Assembly: GCA_038230375.1 (NCBI GenBank)
Contig: JBBRNJ010000014.1
Location: 1 to 64,000 of the forward strand
Source of the DNA: Polyangiales bacterium
GTDB lineage: Bacteria; Myxococcota_A; Polyangia; Polyangiales; Polyangiaceae
Direction of reading: 5' to 3'
Length of the DNA stretch: 64,000 nt
Made by a program: the position numbers and the translations under genes. Each line of letters begins with the position of its first letter. Positions within the stretch are counted from its first letter, which is position 1. The notes under the pieces were generated by a model. It was not told the DNA's origin. It saw nothing but the letters and a program-made list of their open reading frames with translations, and ran no database searches. This document shows positions 40,861 to 50,140 of the stretch, one piece after another.

Positions 40861-41867
40861 GCGGCCCCGAGAAGAGCGTCGCAAAGGGCGCCAGGCGATT
40901 TGCGGAGGTGGTGGCTCACCCGAACATCGCGCTCGCGAAGTACTGGGGCAAGCGGGCGGGGGAGGGCAACGTGCCCGCCACGCCGAGCCTCTCGATCACG
41001 CTGTCTGGTCTCTCCACACGCACGCGCGTGACGTTCGACCCGAGCCTCCACGAGGACAAGGTCACGCTCGGGGGACGCGTGCTCTCCGGCCCGGCGCACA
41101 TGCGCGTGGCCTTCGTGCTCGACGAGGTCCGGAAAGATGTAGTTTCTCCGCAATTCGCGGAGGTGTCCTCCGAGAACGATTTTCCCACGTCAAGCGGCCT
41201 TGCATCGAGCGCCTCGGGCTTCTGCGCGCTCACGCTCGCGGCCGTCACGGCGGCGGGCCTGTCGTGGGAGCAGTCACGTATCGCGGACCTCGCGCGCCGC
41301 ACCTCTGCGTCGTCCGCGCGAAGCTTCTTCTCGGGCTTCGCGGAGCTGGTTCCGGACGGAGCCACCGCACACGCCGCGCAGATCGCTCCGAAGGACCATC
41401 TGCCGCTCAGTGTTCTGGTCTGCGTGACCACGGAAGAGCAGAAGTCCGTGTCCTCCGGCGACGGCATGAAGCGCGTCGCGGAGCGCAGCCCGTTCTACCC
41501 GGCCTGGATCGAGTTCGCGGCGCGGTCGTTCAAAGAGATGCGCGGCGCGCTGCTCGAGAAGAACATCACGCGGCTTGGTGAGCTCGTGGAAGAGAACGCG
41601 CTGGCGATGCACGCGACGGGCCTACCCGCTGGCGTGATCTACCTCAAGCCAGAGACGCTCCGCGTGCTCGAGACCGTGCGGACGCTGCGGGCGCGCGGCC
41701 TGTACGCGTACGCCACGATGGATGCGGGGCCGCACGTGAAGGTGCTGGTGTTGCCCGACGGCAAGGCGGCCGCCCTCGCGGCGCTCACAGGCACGCCCGG
41801 AGTCCTGCGCGTGATCTCGGCGGAGCCCGGGGACGGGGCGCGCGTCGTCGCCAAGGGGGAGGCTTGA
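40857..41867 (+). CDS. mvaD: diphosphomevalonate decarboxylase
   Basis: HPNIALAKYWGK, PTSSGLASSASG, MHA, TMDAGPHVK. Confidence 0.93.
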   Translation: MSGPEKSVAKGARRFAEVVAHPNIALAKYWGKRAGEGNVPATPSLSITLSGLSTRTRVTFDPSLHEDKVTLGGRVLSGPAHMRVAFVLDEVRKDVVSPQFAEVSSENDFPTSSGLASSASGFCALTLAAVTAAGLSWEQSRIADLARRTSASSARSFFSGFAELVPDGATAHAAQIAPKDHLPLSVLVCVTTEEQKSVSSGDGMKRVAERSPFYPAWIEFAARSFKEMRGALLEKNITRLGELVEENALAMHATGLPAGVIYLKPETLRVLETVRTLRARGLYAYATMDAGPHVKVLVLPDGKAAALAALTGTPGVLRVISAEPGDGARVVAKGEA

Positions 41868-41868
41868 A

Positions 41869-42783
41869 ATGAAGGCCTTTGCGCCGGGAAAGATGCTGCT
41901 CTCCGGGGCGTATGCCGTGCTTCACGGCGCGCCGGCGGTGGTGCTCGCCGTGTCGCGCGGCGCCGTGGCGGACACGCGCAAGGACGCAGAGCATGTCAGC
42001 GACGAGCTACGGGCCGCGCTCGCGGGAAACGCGGATCCGAACGTGTGCATACCGCACGTATCCGTATCCGCGCTCTTCCTTGGCGACAATAAGCTGGGGC
42101 TGGGCGCAAGCGCGGCCGGGCTGGTGGCGGCGCTGGGCGCGCTCGCGCGGCAAAGGCACGACGACGTGCGAGCGCCGGAGGTACGCGCCGAGATCTTCGC
42201 GGCGGCGCGGACTGCGCATGCCACGGCGCAATCCGGCGGAAGCGGCGTGGACGTTGCTGCGAGTGTCTACGGCGGGCTACTCGCGTACACGCTCACGGAC
42301 GGCATCGCGAAGATCGAGCCGGTCGCGTATCCAGAGAAGCTCGTGGTGGAGGCGTTCTTCTCCGGCCGCAGCGCCAGCACGAAGGACATGCGCGCGCGTG
42401 TGGATGCGCTCGCCGCACGCGAACCGGCGCGCTTCGCACAGCTCATGGCAGACCTGTCGCGAGAGGCCGTGACCGCTTGCGCTGCGATCGCGTCGGGCGA
42501 CGTGGCGGGATTCCTGGGCGCGGTCCGTGGTCAGATCTTCGGGCTCTCGGCGCTGGGCAGGGAAGCGGACGCGCCCATCGTACTTCCGTCGTTCATGGAG
42601 CTCGACGGCCTTGCCCAGGCCACGGCGGGCGTGTTCACGGGCTCGGGCGCTGGCGGCGGCGACATCGCCCTGTACATGGGTCAGCGGGGCTCTACGCCTG
42701 CCCTGCGCGACCGCGCGCGCGAGCTTGGCTTGTCTCCGTTCGTGTTCGAGCGTGATGCGCTCGGTCTTCGCAGCATCGATTGA
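41869..42783 (+). CDS. phosphomevalonate kinase (GHMP family)
   Basis: APGKMLLSGAYAVL, KLGLGASAA, GSGVDVAASVYGG, SGAGGGD; operon context. Confidence 0.85.
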   Translation: MKAFAPGKMLLSGAYAVLHGAPAVVLAVSRGAVADTRKDAEHVSDELRAALAGNADPNVCIPHVSVSALFLGDNKLGLGASAAGLVAALGALARQRHDDVRAPEVRAEIFAAARTAHATAQSGGSGVDVAASVYGGLLAYTLTDGIAKIEPVAYPEKLVVEAFFSGRSASTKDMRARVDALAAREPARFAQLMADLSREAVTACAAIASGDVAGFLGAVRGQIFGLSALGREADAPIVLPSFMELDGLAQATAGVFTGSGAGGGDIALYMGQRGSTPALRDRARELGLSPFVFERDALGLRSID

Positions 42784-42795
42784 AGGATTCAAACA

Positions 42796-44112
42796 ATGGC
42801 ACGCACCTCAAGGCTTCCCGGCTTCTACAAGGTCACCGTCAACGAGCGTCGATCGCTCGTGTGCGAGGCCACTGGCGCCGATCCGCAAGAGATCGAGGCC
42901 GCGCTCGCGGGCGGCGGACTCGATGCGGAGACCGCCGACAAGTTCGTCGAGAACGTCCTTGGCACGTACGCGCTGCCGTATGGCGTCGCGCTCAACGTGC
43001 GCGTGAACGGCAAGGACTACGTCGTGCCGATGGTCGTCGAGGAGCCCAGCGTCGTCGCTGCTGCATCGAATGCCGCCAAGATGGTGCGCGCCGGTGGCGG
43101 CTTCCGAGCAGACGTCGACGCTTCGCTGATGATCAGCCAGATCCAGCTCTACGACGTGAAGGACCAAGCAGCGGCCCGCGCGCGCATCCTCGCCGCGCGC
43201 AAGGAGATCCTCGCGCAGGCGGACAAGGCAGCCCCTGGGCTGGTCAGCCGCGGCGGTGGCGCGCGTGACATCGAGGTTCGCATCATCGGCACACCCGAGG
43301 ACAAGATGCTCGTGGTGCATGTCCTTGTAGACTGCAAGGACGCGATGGGCGCCAACTTGATCAACGGCATCGCCGAGGCGATCGCCGATCGCCTGGCGGA
43401 GCTCGCGTCCGCGAAGGTGGGCCTGCGTATCCTATCCAACCTCTGCGATCGCCGCTGCGTGCGTGTGACCTGTCGCGTGCCGGCCGAGTCCCTTGCCACG
43501 GACGACATGGATGGCGAGCAGGTGATCGACGGCATCGTCAACGCGTCGCGCTTCGCGGAGCTCGACCCGTATCGCGCTGCGACCCACAACAAGGGGATCA
43601 TGAACGGCGTGGACGCCGTCGTGATCGCGACCGGCAACGACTGGCGCGCAGTGGAGGCGGGCGCTCACGCATATGCATCGCGCAGCGGCACGTACAGTCC
43701 GCTGGCAACGTGGCGGCGCGATCCCGAGCAGCCCGGGATGCTGCTCGGCCGCATCGAGCTGCCGCTTGCGCTGGGCACCGTGGGGGGCACGCTACGGGTG
43801 CACCCTGCGGCGCGGCTCTCGCTCAGCATGCTCGGCTCACCGTCGTCCGCGGAGCTCGCATCGATCGCCGCGGCGCTCGGGCTCGCGTCCAATCTCGCGG
43901 CCGTCCGCGCTCTTGCAACGGACGGCATCCAGCGTGGGCACATGGCCCTTCACGCGCGCTCCGTGGCACTTGCTGCCGGCGCTGCGGGCGACCTTGTGGC
44001 GAAGGTCGCTCAGATGATCGTGGAAGCGCGCGACATCACGGTGGAGGCCGCGCGCCGCGCGCTGTCCGTCGCGCAAGGCGAAGGCGAAGGCGCGACGCTG
44101 TCAGAGGACTGA
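42796..44112 (+). CDS. mvaA: hydroxymethylglutaryl-CoA reductase, class II
   Basis: ENVLG, EEPSVVAA, DAMGAN, RAATHNKGIMNG, GIQRGHMALH. Confidence 0.95.
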   Translation: MARTSRLPGFYKVTVNERRSLVCEATGADPQEIEAALAGGGLDAETADKFVENVLGTYALPYGVALNVRVNGKDYVVPMVVEEPSVVAAASNAAKMVRAGGGFRADVDASLMISQIQLYDVKDQAAARARILAARKEILAQADKAAPGLVSRGGGARDIEVRIIGTPEDKMLVVHVLVDCKDAMGANLINGIAEAIADRLAELASAKVGLRILSNLCDRRCVRVTCRVPAESLATDDMDGEQVIDGIVNASRFAELDPYRAATHNKGIMNGVDAVVIATGNDWRAVEAGAHAYASRSGTYSPLATWRRDPEQPGMLLGRIELPLALGTVGGTLRVHPAARLSLSMLGSPSSAELASIAAALGLASNLAAVRALATDGIQRGHMALHARSVALAAGAAGDLVAKVAQMIVEARDITVEAARRALSVAQGEGEGATLSED

Positions 44113-44113
44113 G

Positions 44114-44425
44114 CTACTGCGCGAGCTGGGCGGGGCCACCGGGACCCTGCGGTCCCGGATCAGGCGACGACGGATGGTGGCCGGGGCGGTTCGGAACCAC
44201 CTGGACGCCCGGATCGAACGAGTTCGTGTGGGCACGGTTGTCGATCTGGCCCTGGACCGGCGAGTCGACGACGGCGGCGGGGATCTGGTCGCCGTTCGGA
44301 TCCTGCGCGACGGTGCCGCCTTGGTCGGTCGAAAGGTTCGTGTCGCCCGGGCCTTCGGTGCCCGCCGCGCAACCGCTCGCCATCGCGAGCAAACCAGCCA
44401 TCACAACCGTAAGAACCGTCTTCAT
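44114..44425 (-). CDS. small Pro/Gly-rich lipoprotein (103 aa)
   Basis: AGGAGG RBS; MKTVL...ASGC lipoprotein signal. Confidence 0.75.
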   Translation of the reverse strand: MKTVLTVVMAGLLAMASGCAAGTEGPGDTNLSTDQGGTVAQDPNGDQIPAAVVDSPVQGQIDNRAHTNSFDPGVQVVPNRPGHHPSSPDPGPQGPGGPAQLAQ

Positions 44426-44808
44426 GTGCCGAGCCTCCTGTAGAACCGGGGACCGTGTCTTTTGTGGGGCAACAACTCCCCCAGTTTTTGACACTCTCAT
44501 CTTACGCTTGTCGCGGCAACAAGTTTGAGACGCGTCTTTTACTTTTGGAGGATGGAAACGTACATCCGCGGCCCCGCTCTCCGCTCCAGTAGCCGGAGCG
44601 GGGATCGTCCGAGCACGGATGGAAGAACGAAAGAATTTGGAGTGGCCACACGGGCCGTCTCCCAGCCTCTCCGAGCCCTTGGCCAGCTCAGCCGCCCGGA
44701 AAAATCGACGGGAGGCGACACATAGATCTCGACGCAAATCTGGCGGAGCCGTGCAAGCGGTGGCGTGGCCTCTGACGGCGGACGGTTTTGCGGCCTGCCG
44801 TCGCGAAG

Positions 44809-45504
44809 CTAGGGCGCGACGCCGGCTTCCGCCTGTAGCTGGCGGAACACGTCGATGTGAGAGATGAGCAGCTTCACGAGCGCGTTTCGCACCTCGTCGC
44901 GGCTCAGCACCTTGCGTTCGAGGTAGTCCAGGCTCAGCGCCTCCGTGCAGCCGATCCATCCGCGCAGCACCGCGCGAAGCCGGTCGAGTGAAGCGCCCTC
45001 GAGGCCGATCGCAGTGACCGCGTTCTCGAGGATGCGGCTGACGAACGCCTCGCGCGTGGTGTCGACGATGCTCGCGACCTCGCGATCGGAGCCGATGCCG
45101 CCGCGCATCAGCGCAGAGAACGATGCGGCGTGCTCGTCGACGTAGTCGATGTAACGCGTGAGGCCCGCGATCGCACGCTCCAGTGGCGGCAGCGTGGGAT
45201 CCGGCTCCGTGCGCTTCAACAGATCCGCGGACGACTCCGTGAGCGCCGCGACGTAGAACGCGCGCTTCGTGGGGAAGTAGTGATAGAGCAGCCCCTTCGA
45301 GATGCCGGCGGCATCCGCGATCTCGTCGATCGACACGTCGTCGTATGGGTGACGCGCGAAGCGCTGGATGCCGAGCGCGATGAGCTGCGCGCGTCTCTCC
45401 TCCACGTCGAAGCGAACGCGCTTCGATGCAGGCGCACGCTCGGACGCGGGCGGCGCGGCCTTCGTCTTCGACTTGCTGCGGGGAGTTGTGTCCTTCTTGG
45501 TCAT
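44809..45504 (-). CDS. TetR/AcrR-family transcriptional regulator
   Basis: SIDEIADAAGISKGLLYHYFPTK HTH; start uncertain. Confidence 0.92.
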   Translation of the reverse strand: MTKKDTTPRSKSKTKAAPPASERAPASKRVRFDVEERRAQLIALGIQRFARHPYDDVSIDEIADAAGISKGLLYHYFPTKRAFYVAALTESSADLLKRTEPDPTLPPLERAIAGLTRYIDYVDEHAASFSALMRGGIGSDREVASIVDTTREAFVSRILENAVTAIGLEGASLDRLRAVLRGWIGCTEALSLDYLERKVLSRDEVRNALVKLLISHIDVFRQLQAEAGVAP

Positions 45505-45603
45505 GCGCGCAGCTTGGTCACCCGATCGCGAGTTCATTGTGCGGCCCAACCCTTCTCTCCGGCAAGAACTCAGGCGCGGGGCCCATCGTCACACGATGTC
45601 GCA

Positions 45604-45624
45604 CTGTTGACTTTCGGTCAATAG
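45604..45624. promoter_or_regulatory. palindromic operator overlapping a -35 box (CTGTTGAC-TTTCG-GTCAATAG)
   Basis: Inverted repeat between divergent tetR and hydrolase genes; contains TTGACT, with CATGAT 16 nt later. Confidence 0.65.
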
Positions 45625-45641
45625 AGTTCATGATCTCTGGC

Positions 45642-46601
45642 ATGTCCGTCGCGAGCCATGAGCGAGCGTCCATCACGCCGGCCCCGAACGGCGCTCCCAG
45701 CGACATCCGGGTCCGCAGTCCGAAGTTCGACTTCACCGGAGTGCCGCGACGCTGGTTGCTCGGAAGTCGCATCGCTTCCAATGTTGCGAACGGCGCGAAC
45801 CTGCTCTTTCCCGCGGGCGAACGATTCTTCGTGCGGAGCGTGCGGCGCTATCTCGACCGGCTCGACCCCGTGGCCGACGCGCAGCTGCTCTCCGACGTGC
45901 GCGCGTTCTCGCAGCAGGAGGGCCGTCACGCTGCCGCGCACGAGCGCGCGTTCGAGGTGCTGCGCGCGCAGGGCTACGACATCGACACGTTCCTTCGTGT
46001 GTATGAGGCGATCGCCTTTGGTGCGATCGAGAAGGTCGTCCCACACAAGCTGAGCCTCGCCGCCACGGCCGCATGCGAGCACTTCACGGCCATCCTTGCG
46101 GAGGCCGGCCTCACGGACGGCGTGATGGACCACGCGCATCCCGTGATGCGGGAGCTCCTCTTGTGGCACGCGGTGGAGGAGATCGAGCACCGCTCGGTCG
46201 CGTTCGACGTGCTCCTGAAGGTGGACTCCAGCTATGCCCTGCGGATGGCGGGTCTCGCCATGGCGAGCTCGATGCTCGGCAGCTTCTGGGTGCTGGGCGC
46301 GCTCCACCTGCTCGCGCAAGACGGCGATCCGGCGGGCCTCCTGCGCGAGATGCGCATCGGCCGGCAGAAGAAGAAGCGTCAGGCAGAGGCCGCGCGCGCG
46401 GGCACGCTGGACGCCACCAAGGAGGCGATCCTGCCGCAGAAGGGGATCATGACGCGCGTCTTCGGTCGCGGCATCCGTGACTACGTGCGGCGCGATTTTC
46501 ATCCGGCGGAGCGCGACCTCGGTCCGGTGGTGGAGCAGGCGATGCGCACGGTACGCGCGCTGGACCAGCCAGAGGCAGCGCATCCCGCGAATGCCATATA
46601 A
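45642..46601 (+). CDS. predicted metal-dependent hydrolase
   Basis: FPAGERFF, QEGRHAAAH, EHFTA, WHAVEEIEHRSVAFDV. Confidence 0.88.
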   Translation: MSVASHERASITPAPNGAPSDIRVRSPKFDFTGVPRRWLLGSRIASNVANGANLLFPAGERFFVRSVRRYLDRLDPVADAQLLSDVRAFSQQEGRHAAAHERAFEVLRAQGYDIDTFLRVYEAIAFGAIEKVVPHKLSLAATAACEHFTAILAEAGLTDGVMDHAHPVMRELLLWHAVEEIEHRSVAFDVLLKVDSSYALRMAGLAMASSMLGSFWVLGALHLLAQDGDPAGLLREMRIGRQKKKRQAEAARAGTLDATKEAILPQKGIMTRVFGRGIRDYVRRDFHPAERDLGPVVEQAMRTVRALDQPEAAHPANAI

Positions 46602-46633
46602 AAACCGGGCGAGGTGGCGTAACGTTCCGTTCC

Positions 46634-47698
46634 GTGGGCGACGACCCCAAACCGAATCCGCATCATGATGTGAGCGGAGCTCTGCACGACGCGTCGAATG
46701 CGCTGACGGTACTCCTTGGCTGGATCGCCGAGGCACGGGCCAAGGACATTCCGGACGAGCAGCGGGAACACGCGCTCGCCGTCATCGAGCGGCAGGCGCG
46801 GATCGCACGGAGCATCGCCCGGCGCGCGATCGGCGCAGAGACCGCGGCGGCCGAGGGCTCCGCCGACAGCACCATCAGCGACGTGCTCGAGAGCCTCAGC
46901 GCGCTCGGGCAGAAGCGCCGCGTCGTGTTCGAGAAGCGCTCGCTGCCCAAGGGCACCGTGCCGCGCGTCGCCGACTTCGGGCAGGTGCTGACGAACCTGT
47001 GCCTGAACGCGCTCGCGTTCACACCTGACGGGACGACCGTAGCGGTGACGGCGCACGCCGAGCCACACGCGGTCATCGTGCTCGTCCAGGACGAGGGCGA
47101 CGGGATCCCGCAATCACGCGTCGACGACATCTGGAGCGGAGAGACCACGCGCTCTGGCGGCGCGGGTGTCGGCCTTCGGTATGCGCGGTCGCTCGCGCAG
47201 GGGGCCGGCGGCGATCTCTCGCTCATGCAGACGCCCACGGGTCAGAAGGGCGCGTGCTTCCGCCTTGAGTGGCCGCGCACGGATCGCGTCCCGAAGGCGC
47301 CCATGTCCTTCTCGGGGTCAGCGATCCTCGCCGCCCGGCAGATCCTCCTCGTCGAGGACGACGACGACGTGATCGAGCTGGTCGAGACCGCGCTCACGGC
47401 GAAGGGCGCGGAGATCTCCGTGGCGCGCAAGACCGCCGAGGTCGAGAAGGCCCTCTCGGCACTGGCCACGGCGCCCACGGCTTACGACTGCGCGGTGGTG
47501 GACCTCTCGCCGCTCGGCGCGGATCCCACAGCGCTCCTCTCCAGGCTCGTGGACGCGGGTCTGCCGCTGGTCCTCATCACCGGCAACGTGGACGGCATAC
47601 CGGAGCTGCGCGGCGACGTACGGGTGGTCCGCAAGCCGTTCGAGGTGAAGGAGCTGGTCGAGGCCCTGACGATCCTGTTGCAGGTGAGTCGCCGCTGA
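46634..47698 (+). CDS. hybrid histidine kinase-receiver without sensor domain
   Basis: HDASNAL H box, NLCLNA, DEGDGI, GAGVGL; receiver LVEDDD...KPF. Confidence 0.85.
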   Translation: MGDDPKPNPHHDVSGALHDASNALTVLLGWIAEARAKDIPDEQREHALAVIERQARIARSIARRAIGAETAAAEGSADSTISDVLESLSALGQKRRVVFEKRSLPKGTVPRVADFGQVLTNLCLNALAFTPDGTTVAVTAHAEPHAVIVLVQDEGDGIPQSRVDDIWSGETTRSGGAGVGLRYARSLAQGAGGDLSLMQTPTGQKGACFRLEWPRTDRVPKAPMSFSGSAILAARQILLVEDDDDVIELVETALTAKGAEISVARKTAEVEKALSALATAPTAYDCAVVDLSPLGADPTALLSRLVDAGLPLVLITGNVDGIPELRGDVRVVRKPFEVKELVEALTILLQVSRR

Positions 47699-47773
47699 GC
47701 GCCCGCTGACCCGCCGAACCGCCGATGAAATCGGCTGAAACGGGCTGAAATGCCGGGCCTTTCGTTCTTTTCC

Positions 47774-47803
47774 TTGACGCGACGGACCCCCGTTCGCTAT
47801 CTA
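47774..47803 (+). promoter_or_regulatory. putative promoter of tRNA-Leu
   Basis: TTGACG-18 nt-TATCTA just upstream of the tRNA. Confidence 0.55.
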
Positions 47804-47815
47804 CGCGCTCCCCAC

Positions 47816-47897
47816 GCGAAGGTGGCGGAATTGGCAGACGCACTAGCTTGAGGTGCTAGCGGGTAAAACCGTAGGGGTTCAAGTCCCCTCCTTCGCA
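47816..47897 (+). tRNA. tRNA-Leu(GAG), CCA not encoded
   Basis: GCGAAGG/CCTTCGC acceptor stem, GGCAGAC D loop, CTAGC-TTGAGGT-GCTAG anticodon arm, long variable arm, GGTTCAAGTCC. Confidence 0.95.
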
Positions 47898-47942
47898 CTC
47901 CTTTCTCACTCACTCTGGTCCCTAAGCACGCGGGGTTTTTTC

Positions 47943-48722
47943 ATGACCGCAGCACCTCCCAAGGGACGACCCACCTTCTCGAGCGAGCCGCCGCCGTCCT
48001 CGCGCGCGGCCAAGATCCTGCAGACGCTCAAGGAGAGCGTGCGGGTCCCCGAGCCGCGCTTCCTTGCGCCCGAGATCTACGGCAGCGCCGCCATCCGCAA
48101 CATCGCGCGCGCGCTGCCGCCGGTCGAGCGCGTGTACGCGAACATCCGCTTCTCGATCCTGCGACCGAAGCTCCTCAGCGTCATGGACCTTCTGCTCCCG
48201 GACGAGGGCAAGATCCTCGACATCGGCTGCGGGTTCGGTCTCTTCGCCGCGTACTTCGGGCAGACGCAGCCCAACCGCCACATCACCGGCATCGATCCGG
48301 ATGCGCGTCGCATCAAGATGGCGGAGCGCGTGGCGGACAAGCTGGGCCTCGTGAACCACTCCTTCCTCGCGAAGGACGCGCGCGACATGGGCCTGGGTGG
48401 CCCGTTCGACGCCGCGTACGTGCTGGACGTGATGCACCACATTCCGGCAGACGCGCAGGAGCCGCTGCTCGCGCGCCTTCGCGATCTGCTCACGCCGCAC
48501 GGCACGCTGCTCATCAAGGACATCACCACGGAGCCGCACCTGGGGCTCAAGTTCACCGAGTGGATGGATCGCCTCATGGTGGGCTGGGATGAGCCGCTGG
48601 CGTACCGTCACCACCGCGACTGGGGCGCCATGCTCGTGCGCCTGGGCTTCAAGGTGCGGATGGTGCGCGTGCCGGACGTGCTCCCGTATCCACACGTCGT
48701 GATCGCCGCCACCAAGGTCTAG
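47943..48722 (+). CDS. class I SAM-dependent methyltransferase
   Basis: ILDIGCGFG, GIDPD, DVMHH, LTPHGTLLIKD. Confidence 0.88.
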   Translation: MTAAPPKGRPTFSSEPPPSSRAAKILQTLKESVRVPEPRFLAPEIYGSAAIRNIARALPPVERVYANIRFSILRPKLLSVMDLLLPDEGKILDIGCGFGLFAAYFGQTQPNRHITGIDPDARRIKMAERVADKLGLVNHSFLAKDARDMGLGGPFDAAYVLDVMHHIPADAQEPLLARLRDLLTPHGTLLIKDITTEPHLGLKFTEWMDRLMVGWDEPLAYRHHRDWGAMLVRLGFKVRMVRVPDVLPYPHVVIAATKV

Positions 48723-48759
48723 GCGTTCCGAACGAGCCCTTCGTTGCCAAGGCTCCCTC

Positions 48760-49392
48760 TCAGAGGGAGCCCTTCGTCGAAGGTATCTCCGTGGCGCGCG
48801 GATCCTTGCGGGTCGCCTGCGCGAGCGCCTTCGAGAAGGCCTTGAACGTGATCTCGACGATATGGTGGAGGTTGCGGCCGGCCTCCTTCACTACGTGTAG
48901 ATTACAACCAACTCCGCGGGCGAAGGCCTCGAAGAAGACCTCCGCGAGCTCCACGTCGAACTCGCCCAGCTTCGCCTTGGGCAGGTCCGCCTCCCAGACG
49001 AAGTAGGTCCGCCCCGAGAGGTCGAGCGAGACGCTGACGCGCGCCTCGTCCATGGGGAGGGTGGCCCAGCCGTAGCGGGCGATGCCACGCTTGTCGCCCA
49101 GGGCCTTCGCGAACGCCTCGCCCAGCACGATGCCCGTGTCCTCGACGGTGTGGTGGCCGTCGATGTGCGTGTCGCCTTTCGCCACGATCGAGAGGCCGAA
49201 GCCGCCGTGCCGCGCGAGCTGCTCGAGCATGTGCGAGAAGAAGGGGAGGGGCGTGTCGATCGTCCCGCCGGCAGCCAGGGGACCGTCCAGGTCGATCTCC
49301 ACGACGATGTCCGTCTCGCGGGTGGTGCGCTGGACGCGGGCGGCGCGGGGGGCTGCGTTTGGCGGGGGCACGGGCGGAACGGGCGCGCTCAC
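48760..49392 (-). CDS. hisB: imidazoleglycerol-phosphate dehydratase
   Basis: RTTRETDI, FFSHML, DGHHTVED, PMDEA, NLHHIVEITFKA, IPSTKGSL. Confidence 0.95.
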   Translation of the reverse strand: MSAPVPPVPPPNAAPRAARVQRTTRETDIVVEIDLDGPLAAGGTIDTPLPFFSHMLEQLARHGGFGLSIVAKGDTHIDGHHTVEDTGIVLGEAFAKALGDKRGIARYGWATLPMDEARVSVSLDLSGRTYFVWEADLPKAKLGEFDVELAEVFFEAFARGVGCNLHVVKEAGRNLHHIVEITFKAFSKALAQATRKDPRATEIPSTKGSL

Positions 49393-49435
49393 AGATTCGA
49401 CACGTACCACGGATTTCCCGTATTGTGAGAGGGTG

Positions 49436-50119
49436 ATGGAGCCGCGAAACAGCCGAGATACCCTCCTCGACGAGGTAGAGCAGCAGGACCGCAACGGCCT
49501 CATCGACCGCTATGGCCGCCCGTTCTCTTCGGGCGAGACCCTGTTCCGCGAGGGCGAGACCTCGCGCGAGACCTTCATCCTCCACGAGGGACGCGTCCGG
49601 TTACTGAAGCGCGTTCGCCTCGCGGACCGCAGCCTCACGGTGCTGCGGCCGGGCGATCTCTTCGGTGAGTCCGCGCTCCTCGACTCCACTCCCCGCGGCT
49701 CCACGGCCGTCGCGTTGACGGACGGCATCGCGCTTGCGTTCGACCGCGGCGCGTTCCTGGCGCTCATGCAGCGCGACCCGCTGCTCGGCGCGCGCATGAT
49801 GGAGCAGCTCGTGCGCCGCGTGCGCGACGCGGAGGACCAGATCGAGGTCATGATGCTCCGCGACACCCAGTCGAAGATCGTGAGCGCCCTCCTCAAGCTG
49901 ACGGGCGGGCGCCCCACCGGCTCCGCGGACCTCTCCATCTCCCCGGTCGATCTCTCCACCCGCGTGGGCCTGGACGTGGACACCGTGAAGCGAGCTGTGA
50001 TGCGCCTGCGCGACCAGCAGTACGTGAAGATCGTCGGAGAGCGGGTCGAGATCCCGGACATCGACGCCCTCCGCCGCCTCTACTCGCTCCTCGGCTCGAA
50101 AGAAGAGCTCGCCCGCTAG
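49436..50119 (+). CDS. Crp/Fnr-family transcriptional regulator
   Basis: LFREGE, GDLFGESALL..PRGSTA cNMP-binding motif, C-terminal HTH. Confidence 0.88.
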   Translation: MEPRNSRDTLLDEVEQQDRNGLIDRYGRPFSSGETLFREGETSRETFILHEGRVRLLKRVRLADRSLTVLRPGDLFGESALLDSTPRGSTAVALTDGIALAFDRGAFLALMQRDPLLGARMMEQLVRRVRDAEDQIEVMMLRDTQSKIVSALLKLTGGRPTGSADLSISPVDLSTRVGLDVDTVKRAVMRLRDQQYVKIVGERVEIPDIDALRRLYSLLGSKEELAR

Positions 50120-50140
50120 GTTACGCTGTCGCAGCTCACG

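Noticed and set aside
37488..44112. Secondary-metabolite terpene cluster
   Set aside because: Only precursor-supply enzymes are present, with no terpene cyclase, phytoene/squalene synthase or tailoring genes.
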